From NCBI GenBank assembly GCA_964016885.1, contig OZ024742.1, forward strand, positions 175,894,001 through 175,958,000: a stretch of DNA of 64,000 nucleotides, read 5' to 3'. Positions 1-13,540 of this stretch are shown one piece after another (positions within the stretch are counted from its first letter, which is position 1; every line of letters starts with the position of its first letter). The DNA comes from Eledone cirrhosa. Lineage: Eukaryota. Position numbers and translations under genes: made by a program. Below the pieces are notes generated by a model, which was not told the origin of the DNA, did no database searches, and saw nothing but the letters and a program-made list of their open reading frames with translations.

Positions 1-609
1 CCATAACCAACCCATACCCTTATCTCACTAAATTTTTCCATCTTTTCTTTCCTTTTCAATCTCAATATGTTCATCAAATTATTCATTATTTTCATAAATT
101 TCCTTCTATTTTCCCTAGCTTCCCAGAGTTCATTTACAGCAAAACCTCTTATCTTATAGAGAAATGGTTTATCTTTCAGCTTCTATATACAATGCTAAAT
201 GTCTTTCCTTGTTTATGTATATAAAATATATATTTCAACAAATTTAGCAGTAAATATACAATTTTACAAGAGCAGAATATATTAAAATATCGGTGTTTCT
301 GGATATTAGTTCTAAAAATGTAGGCAAAACTCAACAAACTTTCATATTAATCCTTATCTCAGTAAATCATTACCATTGGGTTTCAAAGACACCAAGACCA
401 GTGAAAATAGGAATAAGTATCATTATTATAATTTTATATTTTCCTTCCATACTTGCATGGGTTGAGCAGGCTGGAGCAACCAATCTTGATTGTTATGCAC
501 CATACAGCACATGCTGGGCATATTTTTCCTATCAACAACACTACCACTTTACAAAGTGGACTGGTGGATTTTATCATAGCACAAATGCAAATACTTTACT
601 AATAAGAGC

Positions 610-830
610 AGAGGATTGGTAGAATCGGAGGAGCATTGAACAAAATACTCTGTGGTGCTTAGTTACAATTTTTTATGTTTTTAGTTCAAATCCAACAACG
701 GTCAACTTTGCTTTTCATCTTACAGGGCTCAATAAAATAAAATACCAGTTAAGTACTATGGTTGATATAATTGACTTTCTCCTTCCCATGAATTGCTAGC
801 CATGTGCTAATGTTAGAAATAATTATTACT
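610..830 (+). mobile_element. degenerate tRNA-derived SINE (family A, Nin/Deu-domain-like core)
   Basis: A-box-like GGATTGGTAGAATCGG, B-box-like AGTTCAAATCC, core GTCAACTTTGCTTTTCATCTTACAGGGCTCAATAAAATAAAATACCAG; homologous to many copies in the window. Confidence 0.7.
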
Positions 831-925
831 TTTCTAATACCGTCAGTGATATTGTAACATATCTACAGTGGAGCGAAAGTCCTAAAGCAATGTTTTACAG
901 AGTCATTACTGGAATTTCCATAACA

Positions 926-2241
926 TATGAGGTTTGTCCCCAAAGTAAAGGTACTGATGTTTTATTTAAATGTATATTAGATATACATGAAATTACAAGC
1001 TATCTCCTTCAAGATATAACTCTTGAGAAGCCACACAGTGGTTCCGTTTTTTTTTTATTGATTGTATATGTGTTGGAAATAAATCATTTTCTGTGAAAGT
1101 TCTTAGCTCATCAGTTACAATGTTTTCGTATATTTCTCATAGCCCTAAACTGATGACCCTTCAACATTGTTTTCAACATATGGGAAGAGGTATAAATGAC
1201 TCAGAGCTAGATCTAAGCTGTAGGGAGGATATGGAAAGCGAAATGTTTTTCTTCACCAGAAGTTTTCATATGCCACTCCTCATTTCACCAGAAATTCTCT
1301 GATTGAAGGTGCTGATGAGCAGAAGCATTATTGTGGTGAAGTGCCCAATCTCCTGCAACGTCCTTTCGGACCTGTTTTCGAAGTAATTCCAAGACATCTT
1401 TGGAGAAGATGTGATTAACTATCTGTCCTGTAGGTAAACATTATTTGTGAACAATACCACACCTGTTGAAAAAAATGATAGACATCATTTTCACTCTGGG
1501 TCTGTTCATGCAAGGCGAATTTTTCATGTGCCACTCCACATTTTGCCATTTTGTTTCTATAATACCCATGACTCAACTCCTATTATTATTTTATCCAAGA
1601 TATTTGACTCAATTTTCGAGTATTTTTAGCAAATCCTAACAAATTCCTGTCTAGTTTGCTTTTTGCTCCACAGTCAAGTATTTGGGTACTAGTTTTGCAC
1701 AAAATTTTTGCAGGAGCAAATGGTTTGTTAAAATTCTGTGAACTGCATTTTTATCCAAGCCTGTTTCGTCTGCAATCATCCTAACACTTAAGTGGCAATC
1801 TTTCATCATCACTAAACACACCACTTCCATATTTTGTTCATTTGTTGATATTGGCTTTCCAGAACAAGGTTCAACTTCAACATTTTCTCAGCATTCTTTG
1901 AAAGCTTGTGTCACTTAAATACCTTATTTCTTGATAGTGGCATCTTCATAGGCTTGTGTTAAAGAATTAAATGTTTCGGTGACAGATTTATTAAGTTTCA
2001 CACAAAATTTTATCACATACCATTGTTTGATATGTTCCTGCATCGCAAACCTAACAGACGTTATAAACACATCTGTACATAAATAGCAATAACTCACAAC
2101 TGACTTAACCATATATACTTGTAGCAAGTATGTACTTGCAACCAAGATCATAACCAACATATACATCAACAAGGTAGTATCCCATATACATCAACAAGTA
2201 CAGTGTTACCATATTGTACATACAGAAATCAGTGGGACAAG
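926..2241 (-). mobile_element. degenerate mariner (Tc1/mariner) DNA transposon with transposase pseudogene
   Basis: Minus-strand translations: QWYVIKFCVKLNKSVTETF (N-terminal HTH), VHRILTNHLLLQKFCAKLVPKYLTVEQKAN, ILDKIIIGVESWV (first catalytic D region, mutated), HCVASQELYLEGD (mariner C-terminus); TIR-like TATGAGGTTTGTCCCCAAAGTAAAGGTACTGA at left end and a deleted remnant near 2225-2241. Confidence 0.8.
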
Positions 2242-2289
2242 TGAATATTATACTCCACTCTTGATGATAATAATTAGAAGCGATGTAGA

Positions 2290-3490
2290 GTGTAGCAGAT
2301 TTGCAGAGTTGTTAGAGTGTTGGACGAATGATTAGAAGAATGTGTCCCAGCTCTTTATGTTCTGAGTTCAAATCCCACCAAATCCAACTTTGCCTTTCAT
2401 CCTTCCGGGATCAAGAAAATAAAATACCAGCCAAGTACTGGGGTCACTATAATTGACTTCTCCCCCAACCCATAAAAGTGCCAGTCTTAAGTTTAAACCA
2501 GGAACTATTTCTCGAGGTTGACTTTACCTTTCATCCTTACGGGGTCGATAAAAATAAAGTACAAGTAATGCACTGGATAATTGCTGGCCTTGTGCCTAAA
2601 GTAGAACAAATTATTATATGAGTGGTAGATTGGTAGTATAGGTAGAGCGACAGACAACATGCTTTGCAGCACATGGCACTGGCGTCTAATCAACTTTCAC
2701 CTTTTCTAAAATTGCTAGCCTTGTGCCTAAATCAGAAATCATTCTGAGTTCAAATCCTGCCAGGGTTAACTTTGCCTTTCATCCTTACGGGGTCGATAAA
2801 ATAAAGTACCAGTAATGCACTGGGTATTTGCTGGCCTTGTTCCTAAAGTAGAAACAATTATTATTATTATTATTAGAGCGGTGAATTGGCAGTATCGGTA
2901 GAGGGTCGGACATGCTTTCCAACATAGTTACGTCTCTTTACGATCTGAGTTCAAATCCCGCCGAGGTTAACTTTGCCTTTCATCCTTACGAGGTCGATAA
3001 AATAAAGAACCAGTAATGTTCTGGGTAATTGCTGGCCTTGTGCCAAAAGTAGAAACAATTATTATTAGTAGTAGAGCAAGTAAAAGATCCAGCAATTAAC
3101 ATATTCATTATGCAAACCATAGGGCAGTGGATTGGCAGTATCGGTAGAGCATCAGACAACATGCTTTGCAGAATAGAGTTATGGCTCTTTATGTTCTGAG
3201 TTCAAATCCTGCTGATGTTAGCTTTGCCTTTCATCCTTATGGGGGTCAATAAAATAAAGCACCAGAAATCACTGGGGTAATTGCTGGCCTTGTGCCAAAA
3301 GTAGAAACCATTATTACTATTATACATGATTTGCATAAGAAATATGACAATTGTGTGATCTACTGCTTGGTTGGTTGCAAGAAATACGTTAGACAGACAG
3401 TAAGTACATCCCTGGGTATATAGATAGACTTTTGTAGTATCAATTTCTTCCTCACCCCAAATTGCTGGAATTGTGCCTAAATCCGAAACG
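2290..3490 (+). mobile_element. head-to-tail cluster of about 5 full or partial family A SINEs
   Basis: Repeated GAGTTCAAATCC...CTTTGCCTTTCATCCTTACGGGGTCGATAAAATAAAGTACCAG...GCTGGCCTTGTGCCTAAAGTAGAAACAATTATT units at about 2360, 2515, 2745, 2945 and 3195. Confidence 0.85.
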
Positions 3491-4174
3491 AATAATTCAA
3501 AACTATATATCTTTACATATTCCTTTCCAGCATAATGGCCATGCTCTAACATGAAATTACCATTCAAACATGATTTTCTGATTCTGCATTTGATATAGGC
3601 TTTAGTATCTCTAACCTATGGTCCAATAAACAATATTGAAATACCACCACTACAAACACCACCATCACCACTGCAAACACCACCAACATAAAATTACAGA
3701 AATACAATTACAAGGTCAAAATAAATGATTGAAGTGAAACTCAATGATAAACTCACAAACCATACACAAACACTCACAAAACACATACACACATACAGAC
3801 ACAGATGTATACATATAAACATAATATACTGGCAACAGAAAAATCAAGCAAATTAAAAAATACCAGAATAGAAATTAAAAAAAAAACATTAGCAAACACA
3901 CACATGCTTGACAGCATGAACAGGGCATTAATAATGCCACAGTAGTGTGACACACTCATAAAGAAATTAATAAAAAGTAAATATTTAATGTAAAATATAG
4001 AAGTGCACCACAACCATTGTGTGTTTTATTAATTGGCAGAATGATCACCCCAAACCACAATATAAAAAAATTGTCCAAAACTAAATATATATATGCATAT
4101 GTGCACAAACACACGCACACATATATATATTTAACTCATTTGGTATTCAAATGAAGCTAGTATACTTCAGAATA

Positions 4175-5147
4175 TCTCTCTATATATAAAACAGAGGATG
4201 TCTGTGTAAATCCCTAAAACTCGAGAAGTACCCGACCGGTTTTTTTCTTTGCTTATATTTCAGGAAGAACAATGGGCTAAAAAAAATTTAACTTTTTCTG
4301 CCCTAGGGCTGGCAGTAGGCAAAAAACCAGATTTTGGGGACATTTTTAGGCTTTTTTGAGGCATAATTTAAAGATAATCAAGCTGATTAAATTTGCAACA
4401 TATATTAGGTAGTCCCCTCACATTGCTGTGAACAAACAAATTTCCGATTCCATTAATGGTTTCTAGGAAATTTACGAATTAGCATCCGCATTACATGCCA
4501 TTTTCATTTTCAATATAAACGCTACTTAAACATTGTAAGTTGCATATAACATTTCGTTAAAAATTTGGTTTATTTAACAGAGGTCACAACACTTAATTTT
4601 TAGCAAGACTATTTTCGAGGGATTTAGGAAATGAGGAGGACCTTAAAATCTTTGTCGGCGCCCTGTTGACACTTCATGCTTTCATGATCCGCAAATCCAG
4701 GCCCTGTGAACGTTTCCATGTTATTGACACCATAAAACTTACGTCTGTGCTACTTCTACTAAGACCCCTTTTGTTGCACATACACTGCAGCATGAATGCC
4801 CTGCACAAGTACGCCAAACAGCGGTTGTGCTAATTCCATGGTGATCCTTTTGTCGCATCTTTGCTGCTGTGTAAACGCAGTGCAACCAGTGCCACCCAGC
4901 ATTTGTACTAATTGCACTATGACCTCCTTCTGCTGCAGCTGCGTTGCCATGCTGATTTCGTCATCTCAATATCCCTACTTAAACATACATCCCTACTTGG
5001 TTTTCACACAATTGACTACGTCGCTCCTCAATCATTCTCTGAGAATAAGGGAATTCAAAAAGTACACAGTTACATTTCTCAATATTTGCATATGCGTGTT
5101 GCTATTTCACATTTCCTACGCCATGCGACACCAGGTCCTGCTGCTAG
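4175..5147 (+). mobile_element. non-autonomous Helitron-like element
   Basis: Begins A|TCTCTCTATATATAAAAC and ends with a degenerate GC-rich hairpin (CCATGCGACACCAGG) followed by CTAG|T, matching Helitron TC...CTRR termini inserted between A and T. Confidence 0.55.
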
Positions 5148-5187
5148 TACTTTATTTTCACCTATTCAACAGATTGGCAGAGAGGAA

Positions 5188-5232
5188 AACAGTCCTGATG
5201 AAGGCTAATGTCCCAGGAACATGTTGATTGTT
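5188..5232 (+). ncRNA. degenerate minimal type I hammerhead-like motif
   Basis: AACAGTC-CTGATGA-AGGCTAATGTCCCA-GGAAC-ATGT-T-GATTGTT: 7-bp stem I, palindromic ACATGT stem III, but GGAA in place of GAAA and a weak stem II. Confidence 0.35.
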
Positions 5233-5464
5233 GTTCGATCCCAGTGTTGAACAAACAGATGATGATTGGTCATTGGCAAGGCACAGCCTTACTCAGGTCG
5301 TTTGTTTACAAACAAATCGAATATTAATGTTCAATATAACCCATACGCAAACAGGTGTGGTGTGTGTGTGTGCATACTTACATTTATGTATCAGCTGCGC
5401 TAGAGCAAGAAATAAAATTCTAAAATTCTATTTATATATATATATTCTTCTACACATCCATTAC

Positions 5465-5890
5465 CAGAGTCATGATGAAGCCCTCCTCCAGCTCACTGCT
5501 TAGCATTGCCGTCTGAATTTCCCCTGCCTCCAGCCTGGTGTTATCAATAAGAATATCCTTCAGTGTTGTGATTGGTCTCCCAACTCGTCTGCATGCATCA
5601 GATTTCCAGAGAAGGACTCTGCCAGCAGGTTTATTGTGACATTTCACATGTTTGGCTAATGCGCCCCTCCTATGCCTTATAAAGTCAGAAAGGTGATGGT
5701 GTGAGCCGTAGAGTGATTTCCTTGCTACATGTTTCTCCAGAATATGTTCTGTCCTTTACTCAGCATTTGGGTAAATATAACATTAATCTGCTTTGTGAGT
5801 GTATTTGTTAGTGTCAATGACTCACATCTGTAGAGGAGAATGGATGCAACTTTGAATAGTCTCATTTGTGTGGTTTTCTTGAGTGGACAA
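5465..5890 (-). pseudogene. RTE-group LINE 3' ORF fragment
   Basis: Translations RLFKVASILLYRCESLTLT and HNKPAGRVLLWKSDACRRVGRPITTLKDIL...EIQTAM resemble the post-RT C-terminus of RTE-like LINEs. Confidence 0.6.
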
Positions 5891-5959
5891 AATCGCACGT
5901 TGAGATCCCCCTCCCCCCTATGTCTTGCTTATCCTGTTGTCCACATCATGATCTGTATT

Positions 5960-6180
5960 CATAAAACTGCCAAGATGCAAAACGTTTTCGACCTCCTCAA
6001 TCTCTCAACCGTCCAAAATCCATAGAAGTGGTTGATAACTTCTGCAACCTTGGTGATTTAATTATCAGACAAGGAGGGGGTTTCCAAGATCATAGTAGCT
6101 AAAATAAGGATAGGATGAATGTAGTTTAGAGATCTAGCCCCACTGTTGACGACAAAATGTTTCTCCTTACACAGGAAAAA
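5960..6180 (+). pseudogene. RTE LINE internal fragment
   Basis: SIEVVDNFCNLGDLI aligns with SIEIVDTFRYLGDEI of the RTE ORF at 52137-53039. Confidence 0.65.
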
Positions 6181-6321
6181 TATATTCAGGACGCGGACCC
6201 GCACTCCTCCGTTTATTGTATTATGATGATGTATTACATTTCTGGAACCATCTCAGGTGAGATGCTACTATCTGAATAGTCAAAGTACAAGATGGTCTCC
6301 AATAGGTTTATTATCGAACTC

Positions 6322-6660
6322 ATGGAGGCACATGGCTTAGTGGTTAGAGCATTGGTCTTGCAATTGAAAGGTTGTGAGTTCAATTCTCAGACCGGGTGAT
6401 GTGTTGTTTCCTTGAGCAAGACACTTTATTTCACATTGCTCCAGTTTACTCAGCTGTAGAAATGAGATGATAAGGACTGGGGTCCCTATCATTCCACTGC
6501 AGAGTGGTCGTGGAGGTGCCACGGCAAAAAAGCACCCAGCACTCACTGTAAATGAGGTTTGTGTTAGGAAGGGCTAGTATTAACTGTAGAGATCAAGCCA
6601 GAATCAGTTCCCGTCCCACCATGCAAGCAGGGAAAAGCGGACTTAAAATGATGATGATGA
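6322..6660 (+). mobile_element. tRNA-derived SINE with RTE-type 3' tail (family B)
   Basis: TGGCTTAGTGGTTAGAGC A box, GAGTTCAATTCTC B box, CCTTGAGCAAGACACTTTA central domain, tail ACTGTAAATGAGGTTTGTGTTAGGAAGGGC...CGGACTTAAAATGATGATG; full-length inverted relative at 61366-61703. Confidence 0.85.
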
Positions 6661-6828
6661 TACACACACACACACACATACATATATATATACATACATA
6701 TACAAAACAACACCAGCAGCTCTCTCTCTCTCTCTTCTATTCTCCTTCTCAGACTCCTCTCGCTATGTCTCTCTCTTTCAATCTACTCTCTCACAACCAC
6801 TATCTCTTTATCCTCTCTCTCTCTCTGT

Positions 6829-6950
6829 TTATGAAGGTACCCAGAAAACCCATGTCCAAGGAACCCTTGCTTCAATTCATGTGAAACATGTTTTATTCCA
6901 TTTGTATTCCCAGTTGAGGGACAACTTCCTTTCAAAGTATTTTCCTATTA
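6829..6950 (-). mobile_element. probable mariner 3'-end fragment
   Basis: Minus strand reads GGAAAATACTTTGAA (GKYFE-like transposase end) then AATAAAA and TTTTCTGGGTACCTTCATA, a mariner-like terminus. Confidence 0.35.
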
Positions 6951-7289
6951 TGCGCCCTTTTGGCTGTATTACATTACAGACAAGCAAGCAATCACAGACT
7001 TTTAGTAATATATAGATATTTATCTATATATAGATAGAAGATATATATATATAAATATATATGTAACACTTTTAGTCGATCTGAAACTATAAAAACCTAA
7101 ACACAACATTTAAATATACTTCCTTTACAAATTTTATACACAAAATATCAGCAACATATTTACTTTCGCTTCAAATGGTTACACCCACACACACACACAC
7201 ACACAAGTGTGTATGCATGTGTGTGTATATATACACACATATGTATACATATTTATATATATACCCATACATGCAAATACACCACTCTA

Positions 7290-7343
<54 letters not shown>

Positions 7344-7814
7344 TACAAATATTTGAATAACATTTTTCTTTTCCTTATTCTTCAGTAAAAAAAAAAAAAA
7401 TCATTTATATAAAAGAAAGCAAACTATTTAACAATGGCTGCAAGCTGTCTTGCAATGGAGGGTGCTTCTGAAAAATCAAAATTTCACAAACTTTATTGAA
7501 TGTCTATGTTAGAATAGGAAAAAAAGAGTTATTAATTGAATCTAATTTTTCCCTATTAGTAGTAGCAAGTTTATGTGGCTGTTTAATTTATTATTGCAGC
7601 AAATGTTAAGAAATATATTGGGGAAATAACGATGTTTTTTTTTTCGTTTTAGAAAGACCAGTAAATATTTTCCTTATTCTAAATTGCTCCCCTGGCAATA
7701 TGATGTTTGTTGCTCAATAATCATTTCCACTTCACATATCAAAATATATCTTTTGTGAAACCAATTTTGTATCTAATATGAGAAGTGCTGTTTAAATTGA
7801 TTCAATTATGATAA

Positions 7815-8030
7815 TGGTTCCTGATTTTAGTACAGGGCCAGTAATTTGGGAATGAAGGATATGGCCATTAAACTAGTCCCAGTACATGACTGGTATTTTA
7901 CTCTAAAACCCTGAAATGATGAAAGGCAAAGTTGTCCATGACAGGAATTGAACTCAGAAGGTAAAAATTTGGATCAAATATTTCAATGCATAATGTTCAA
8001 TGCTTTGACAATACTGACTATCCGCTCTAC
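7815..8030 (-). mobile_element. degenerate family A SINE
   Basis: GATGAAAGGCAAAGTTG...GGAATTGAACTCAGAA is the reverse complement of the family core. Confidence 0.7.
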
Positions 8031-8289
8031 TTCCAATTAAGATAACAATCATAAAAGTATATTCCTGAATGGTTAGGCTTTTGAAAAAATGATCATAAAT
8101 GTATAGTTTCAATAACTAGAATAAGCAGCATACTGTTATTTGCACAGGTCATTGCTATTCATGTTGCTCCAGTCCACTCAGCTGAAAATAATGATTACCA
8201 GTAACAGCAGGAGATTAATCGTTGCATTATTAACCTGTTGTTTGGAATGTAACAAAAGAATCTTAGATCAAGTTATGATCAAAGGCTTA

Positions 8290-8600
8290 TAAATAAACTG
8301 AGTATGCTTCATTGGATGTGCAATGTTAATGTGCATGGATAAGGAAGGATAGATGAGCTTGGGGAAAACATGTACATGAAAAGGAATCAAAGGTAGTAAG
8401 TAAGAGAGAAAACTTCACTGGTATGGACATGTGATATGAATGGATAATGATTGTTGGGTGAAAAAGTACCAAAAAATCCAAGTGGAAGGAAATCAAAGTA
8501 GAGAAAGACCAAAAAAAATCTGGCCAAAAGTTCTGAGAGATGATCCCAAATCACTGAAAGTCATAAATGAGATTATATAGGAAGACAATAGGTGGGAAAT
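8290..8600 (+). pseudogene. old RTE 3' ORF fragment
   Basis: MLHWMCNV and LHWYGHVI motifs match the end of the RTE ORF near 52930-53070; similar relics at about 10120-10430, 14080-14480 and 15220-15390. Confidence 0.6.
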
Positions 8601-10861
8601 AATAAACTACTTTAAAATAAACACTTTACTACTACTTTAAAATAAACAGTTTCATTTAAAACTAAGAGCATTTTCAGGCGTTTTCATTTCATGAATATGA
8701 TAAAAATTCTAGTTGGAGCGTTCCTGTAAGGAGAAGTGACACCTAGATATTATAAGCTTTGAAATATATTGTGTCCAACCCAAGTTGAAAAAAAGAATGA
8801 ATAAATGTTATTTAGAGGGACTGCAGGGGAACTAATAACATCAACATCTAGAAGATAGATTTGGCTGTAACAATGGCTTATGGCAAGCATAATGTACTTA
8901 TAAAAATATAGCTTCTTTTCATTTAATTGTTTAAATGAGAGTGTGGCTATGCTGAAGCACAGCCTTGAAAAGATTTAGTCATTCATATCAACACCACAAC
9001 ATATTCTATTTGTACGCATTTAAATAAGATCTGGTATCACGGAGACCAGTATCTGAAAGAGCATTGGTATGTTAGTAAATATGAAGATACAGTTCAACAA
9101 TTCCAAGCTCCAATACATTAAATAACAGTTTTTATTTAATAAATTGAAGTATGGAAATGTAGAAGCATGCCCTGATGTTTACTTAACACACACACACACA
9201 CACACAATATCATCATCATCATCATCATCATCATCATCTTTTAATGTCCATTTTCTATGCTAGCACAGGTAGAACAGGCTGTCCTTTAGTGAGAAACTTA
9301 ATCAAAAGACCATGTTTTGCCCACACAGGGCTGATTTTGGCTTGGTTTCTATGGCTTGATGCTCTTCCTAAAGCCAACCACATTTACAGTGTGTGTTGGA
9401 TGCTTTTTGTCAGGACACCTACTGGGCACTTTTTATTGTGTCGCCAACATGACCACTTTACTGTGTGGACGGGAGGCTTTGCTGGATGTATACTTCAGCT
9501 TGTCCTCATGGTAGATGTATGGGAGTAGGTAGGGAGGGATGGGGTGGTGAATGCTATATATATATGCTTCAGCTACGGCCTGTGCCCAGGCCTTCTGCAT
9601 TATATATATGTGTGTATATATATATATATAATTTTATATCCATTTTGTCATAGTTGTATGAGGGGCTACTGCAGTTTTATCTGTGAAATTCCTTTAATAT
9701 TGCATTGGTCAAACTGAGGCTATAGTGAAAGAAATGTCGAAGGTGCCATGAGGTCGGTCTATACCTAAAACAAACTCTTTAACTACACAGCCATGCCTGT
9801 ACCTACATTTATTCTGTACAAGAAAGGCTTGTTTGTTGATTAATTGTGTTAATTAATTATAAAGGCCAAGTAACATTTCATTACACCAGTTATTTATTTG
9901 GAGTTGGTGATGTCGAAAATATTCTTAGCACCAGGATAGCCATTAATCATAATCTCTTAGCTTATTTGAATAAACAAACTAATGCAAGTAACTAAAGCTC
10001 GTAGAAAAAAAATGTCATTTTTCAATTTCTCTTCATAGAAGTATCCTATAAATTGCAATAAAAGTTAAAAAAGTGAAACAAAATAATACATGACATATGT
10101 ATATTCTTTACCTAGATACTAAGGCATGGGATAAACTGAAAGAAAAAATAGGCATAAGGGGTATCTAATGTAGCGTGCAGGAGAGAAGACTTTTCAGTAT
10201 GGACATTTAATGCATATGGATGATAATCGCTTGGTTAATAAGTGCCAAGAGTTCTCAGTGGAAGGCAACCGCAGTAGAGGAAAACCAAAAAGACTTGGGC
10301 AGAATTAATGAAAGTGAATCTCAAAATGCTGAATCTCCCAAAGAGGATAAGGAAGTAACTGCGCTGGAAAGGGTTTATTTAGTCCTTACAACCTTGGAAA
10401 AATGAATGTTAAATGATGGTGATAATGATTCTATTTCAAATTTCTATGTTTTGTCTTTATGAAACATAGAATTTGAAACATTCAATAATAATTTGGTTAA
10501 TAAAATGAAAACTGGAAATTGGTAAGAGATTAGATTCTATAATTCTCTTGAAATATACGTGGTTTTTTTTTTCCTTTAAATGCCTAAAAATCTAAATTCT
10601 GTAGAAAATGATGAGAAAATTAATAACCACCTTACAATTGGTGGTCTGAAACATGCAATTTCTTTAAAATAAATAACTGCCATAGAGATTAGAAAAATAT
10701 TTTAGGTAGAAAGTTATTTGCTTGAGTCAGCAAACTTATAATACTTATGTTAAAATTCTTAATATAATCTATCATTTATTTAGGATATTCAAGACAGCTG
10801 GATTAAAGATGACAATTCATTTTGTAATCATAATCCGCCATTATAAAAGATAAACTAACAA

Positions 10862-11060
10862 GATGGTTTCTAAATTAAGCAGAAGGCCAGCAATCTGGTG
10901 AGGAAATGAAAATCAATTAAATTGACCCCAGTACTTAACCAGAAATTTATCAACCAGGGAAGGATGAAAGGCAAATTTAACATTGGCAGGGTTTGAAATC
11001 AGAACGTAAAGAGCCACAAGAAATGCTATAAAGCATTCATCCAATATTCTACCTATTATG
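10862..11060 (-). mobile_element. degenerate family A SINE
   Basis: AAGGCCAGCAAT...GACCCCAGTACT...GGATGAAAGGCAAA...GGTTTGAAATCAGAAC. Confidence 0.7.
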
Positions 11061-13224
11061 CTTGCTATAAAATATACAAACCAATGAGAAAGCCTCTACC
11101 TGATGACTCGACATGCTAATAATATCAAATAAATCTCCTAGAAATCATACCCGACTATCTTAAAAGAAGGAAGATTCATTGGAAAATTCAGACACTGGTA
11201 TACAAAAAGGAATAGGAGGGGATCATACCTGGATTGCCTTCAATTATAGGCCTGCTCAACATAAGGAGAGCCTGGGGTTAAACAACATCAAATAACAGAA
11301 TATTACTAATTGATATAGCTAGAAATAGTAACCATTTTTCTGTCTTCAAAAATAAAATTCCCAGAGGGGATGGCCTTCATTGGATTGTCTTTATAAACAT
11401 GTCTACTAGATCAGGGCTAACCTAGGGTTAAACAACATCAACTTTAACAAGTAATATGGTATGATAATTTACAATGTAAACAAATATCCCTAACCCTTGT
11501 ACGAAATTGACTGAGGCATGGTTGCTATTGTTAAAATTGACCAGCATCATGTGAATGAAATTTGGTAAATCGAAACTTCAGAAGCTCATCATGTCATTAT
11601 TTCATCACCATTAAACATCCATTTTTCCTGATAGCAATGGTTGGAAAGGTTGTCACAGATGGGTAGTTGGATGCATCTCATATCACTGTACCCTACAGGG
11701 TGTACCAGGTGCATTTTATCGCGGCAACACTGTTAGTTAGGTTGTCATGTCTAACACAACTGAAGACTCCTCCCAACTCTTTGCTTGGCATGTTTTCTAA
11801 GGCTGGATATCCTTCTTATCACTAACAATTTTACAGAGTGTATTTGGTGCATTGTATTGTGGAATCAACACTAGAGGCATTGTCATGCCCTTGACATGAT
11901 CGAAGAGTTATTTTGATCCATTTTTTTTGCATAATTTCTGCAGCTGGATACCCTTCTCTCACTATGTACATCTCTTTACAGTGTTTCATATATATGAGTA
12001 AGTGTATCCAAGTCTGTCTAAGCATATGCCTGTAATTTGGTGGTTTGACAAAAAGAGATTAACAAAATAAGTACAAGAATTGAAAAAATAAACACTGGGG
12101 GTAATACAATTGACTAAAGGCTTTTAAGGCAGTGCCCCAGCTTGACCAGAGTCTAATGACTGGAACCAGTAAAAGTATAAATGAATAAACAACTTGGATT
12201 TAGAAAGCAATCAGAAAATTGATTACAACCTAAAATGAATTAGCTGAAATCATTAAGATAATAATGGTCCTTTTATCAGATACTAATAGATAGTAGCCGA
12301 TGAGTCAATAGAACACAATTTCAATAAATAATCATTTAAAAGTTATAAAGACTTTACTTTGATGTGTTTCAATAAATTTGTATTTGTAACAATAATCACA
12401 ATCTAGAAAAATAAAAACATCAACCACATCGACCTAACTGATCTCAGAGAGCTTGTTATTAGACTAGGACCCAGCCCCTGCCTACATAGCAAACCAGTGA
12501 AATAAAACAATGAAACAAAACAAAAAAAATCTACTTAATGTACTGAAGGAAATGTGAAACACTGACAAAAAGTACAAAGTAATTAAAGTCTCAATTACAA
12601 TGAACAAGAACAGATATAAAATACAAGCTAAATCACACAGAAAAATACAATTAGCACTAATTAATCTAACAATTATTTCTATTCTTCTATAAAACATGCT
12701 TGTTTCCTTATTCTCAATGTAATCTGCTTAGCAATAGGTTTCAGTTTAATTCTGAAGCTACTGACATTAATGAAAACTATAATTTTAGGTGACTGGCATG
12801 TATGATAGCTGTTATTGTTTAGCCCCAGGTCAGTTTTGATTCAGCAGACCTATGATCAATATCACTGAACAGTGACCATGCTATCTTTTATTTATTAACT
12901 TTTATCTTGACCTGCAATATATAGAACTACATTTTTTAATATATATTTTCTTTTATTTAAGAAGGGAGGTTGGAAGTTTTAACTCTTAACATCCTGTTCC
13001 ATACAAAACCACAAAAGTAATTCCACACAATTCTTAAATACAAAACAGCACTTTGACAGCATCCCATGAAATTTTCTACTTTAGTTACTGCACACTATGT
13101 CTGCAACCTAGTTTGTTTTCTAATAAACATACTATAACTATTTGAATAAACAAACCTGTTTTTAGACATTCCCTGCTAAATCATTACAGGATGTTATGAG
13201 GTTATGAGTTACAAGAGCAAAGAC

Positions 13225-13540
13225 TTCTTTGGTCATGACCAACCATGGGATTTGAACCTGAAAAGTTCCCCTCTGAGGCACAAGGTGTTTTGGGGAAAGA
13301 CAAGCAGATGTCTATGTAGACCTGTCTCCCATATCCATGCTATTGATGTTGTCCAAGGGAAAGGCAAAAGGTTACACTGCTTGGCCACATGTTACAACTC
13401 GTTTTTTTCCCAGCTGAGTAAACTGGAGCAACTTGAAGTAAAGTGTCTTGTTGAAGGACACAATGTACCACATGGTGAATGAATTGAACTCACAAACTTA
13501 TAATTGTAAGCCTAATGCTCTAACCACTAAGGTATGTACA
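13225..13540 (-). mobile_element. tRNA-derived SINE with family B head and a different tail (family C)
   Basis: CAGCTGAGTAAACTGGAGCAA...GAATTGAACTCACAA...GCTCTAACCACTAAG; tail homologous to 58870-59050. Confidence 0.65.

Noticed and set aside
2290-3490. Regularly recurring repeats resembling a CRISPR array or tRNA cluster
   Set aside because: Long diverged SINE units with no unique equal-length spacers, no cas genes and no complete cloverleaf
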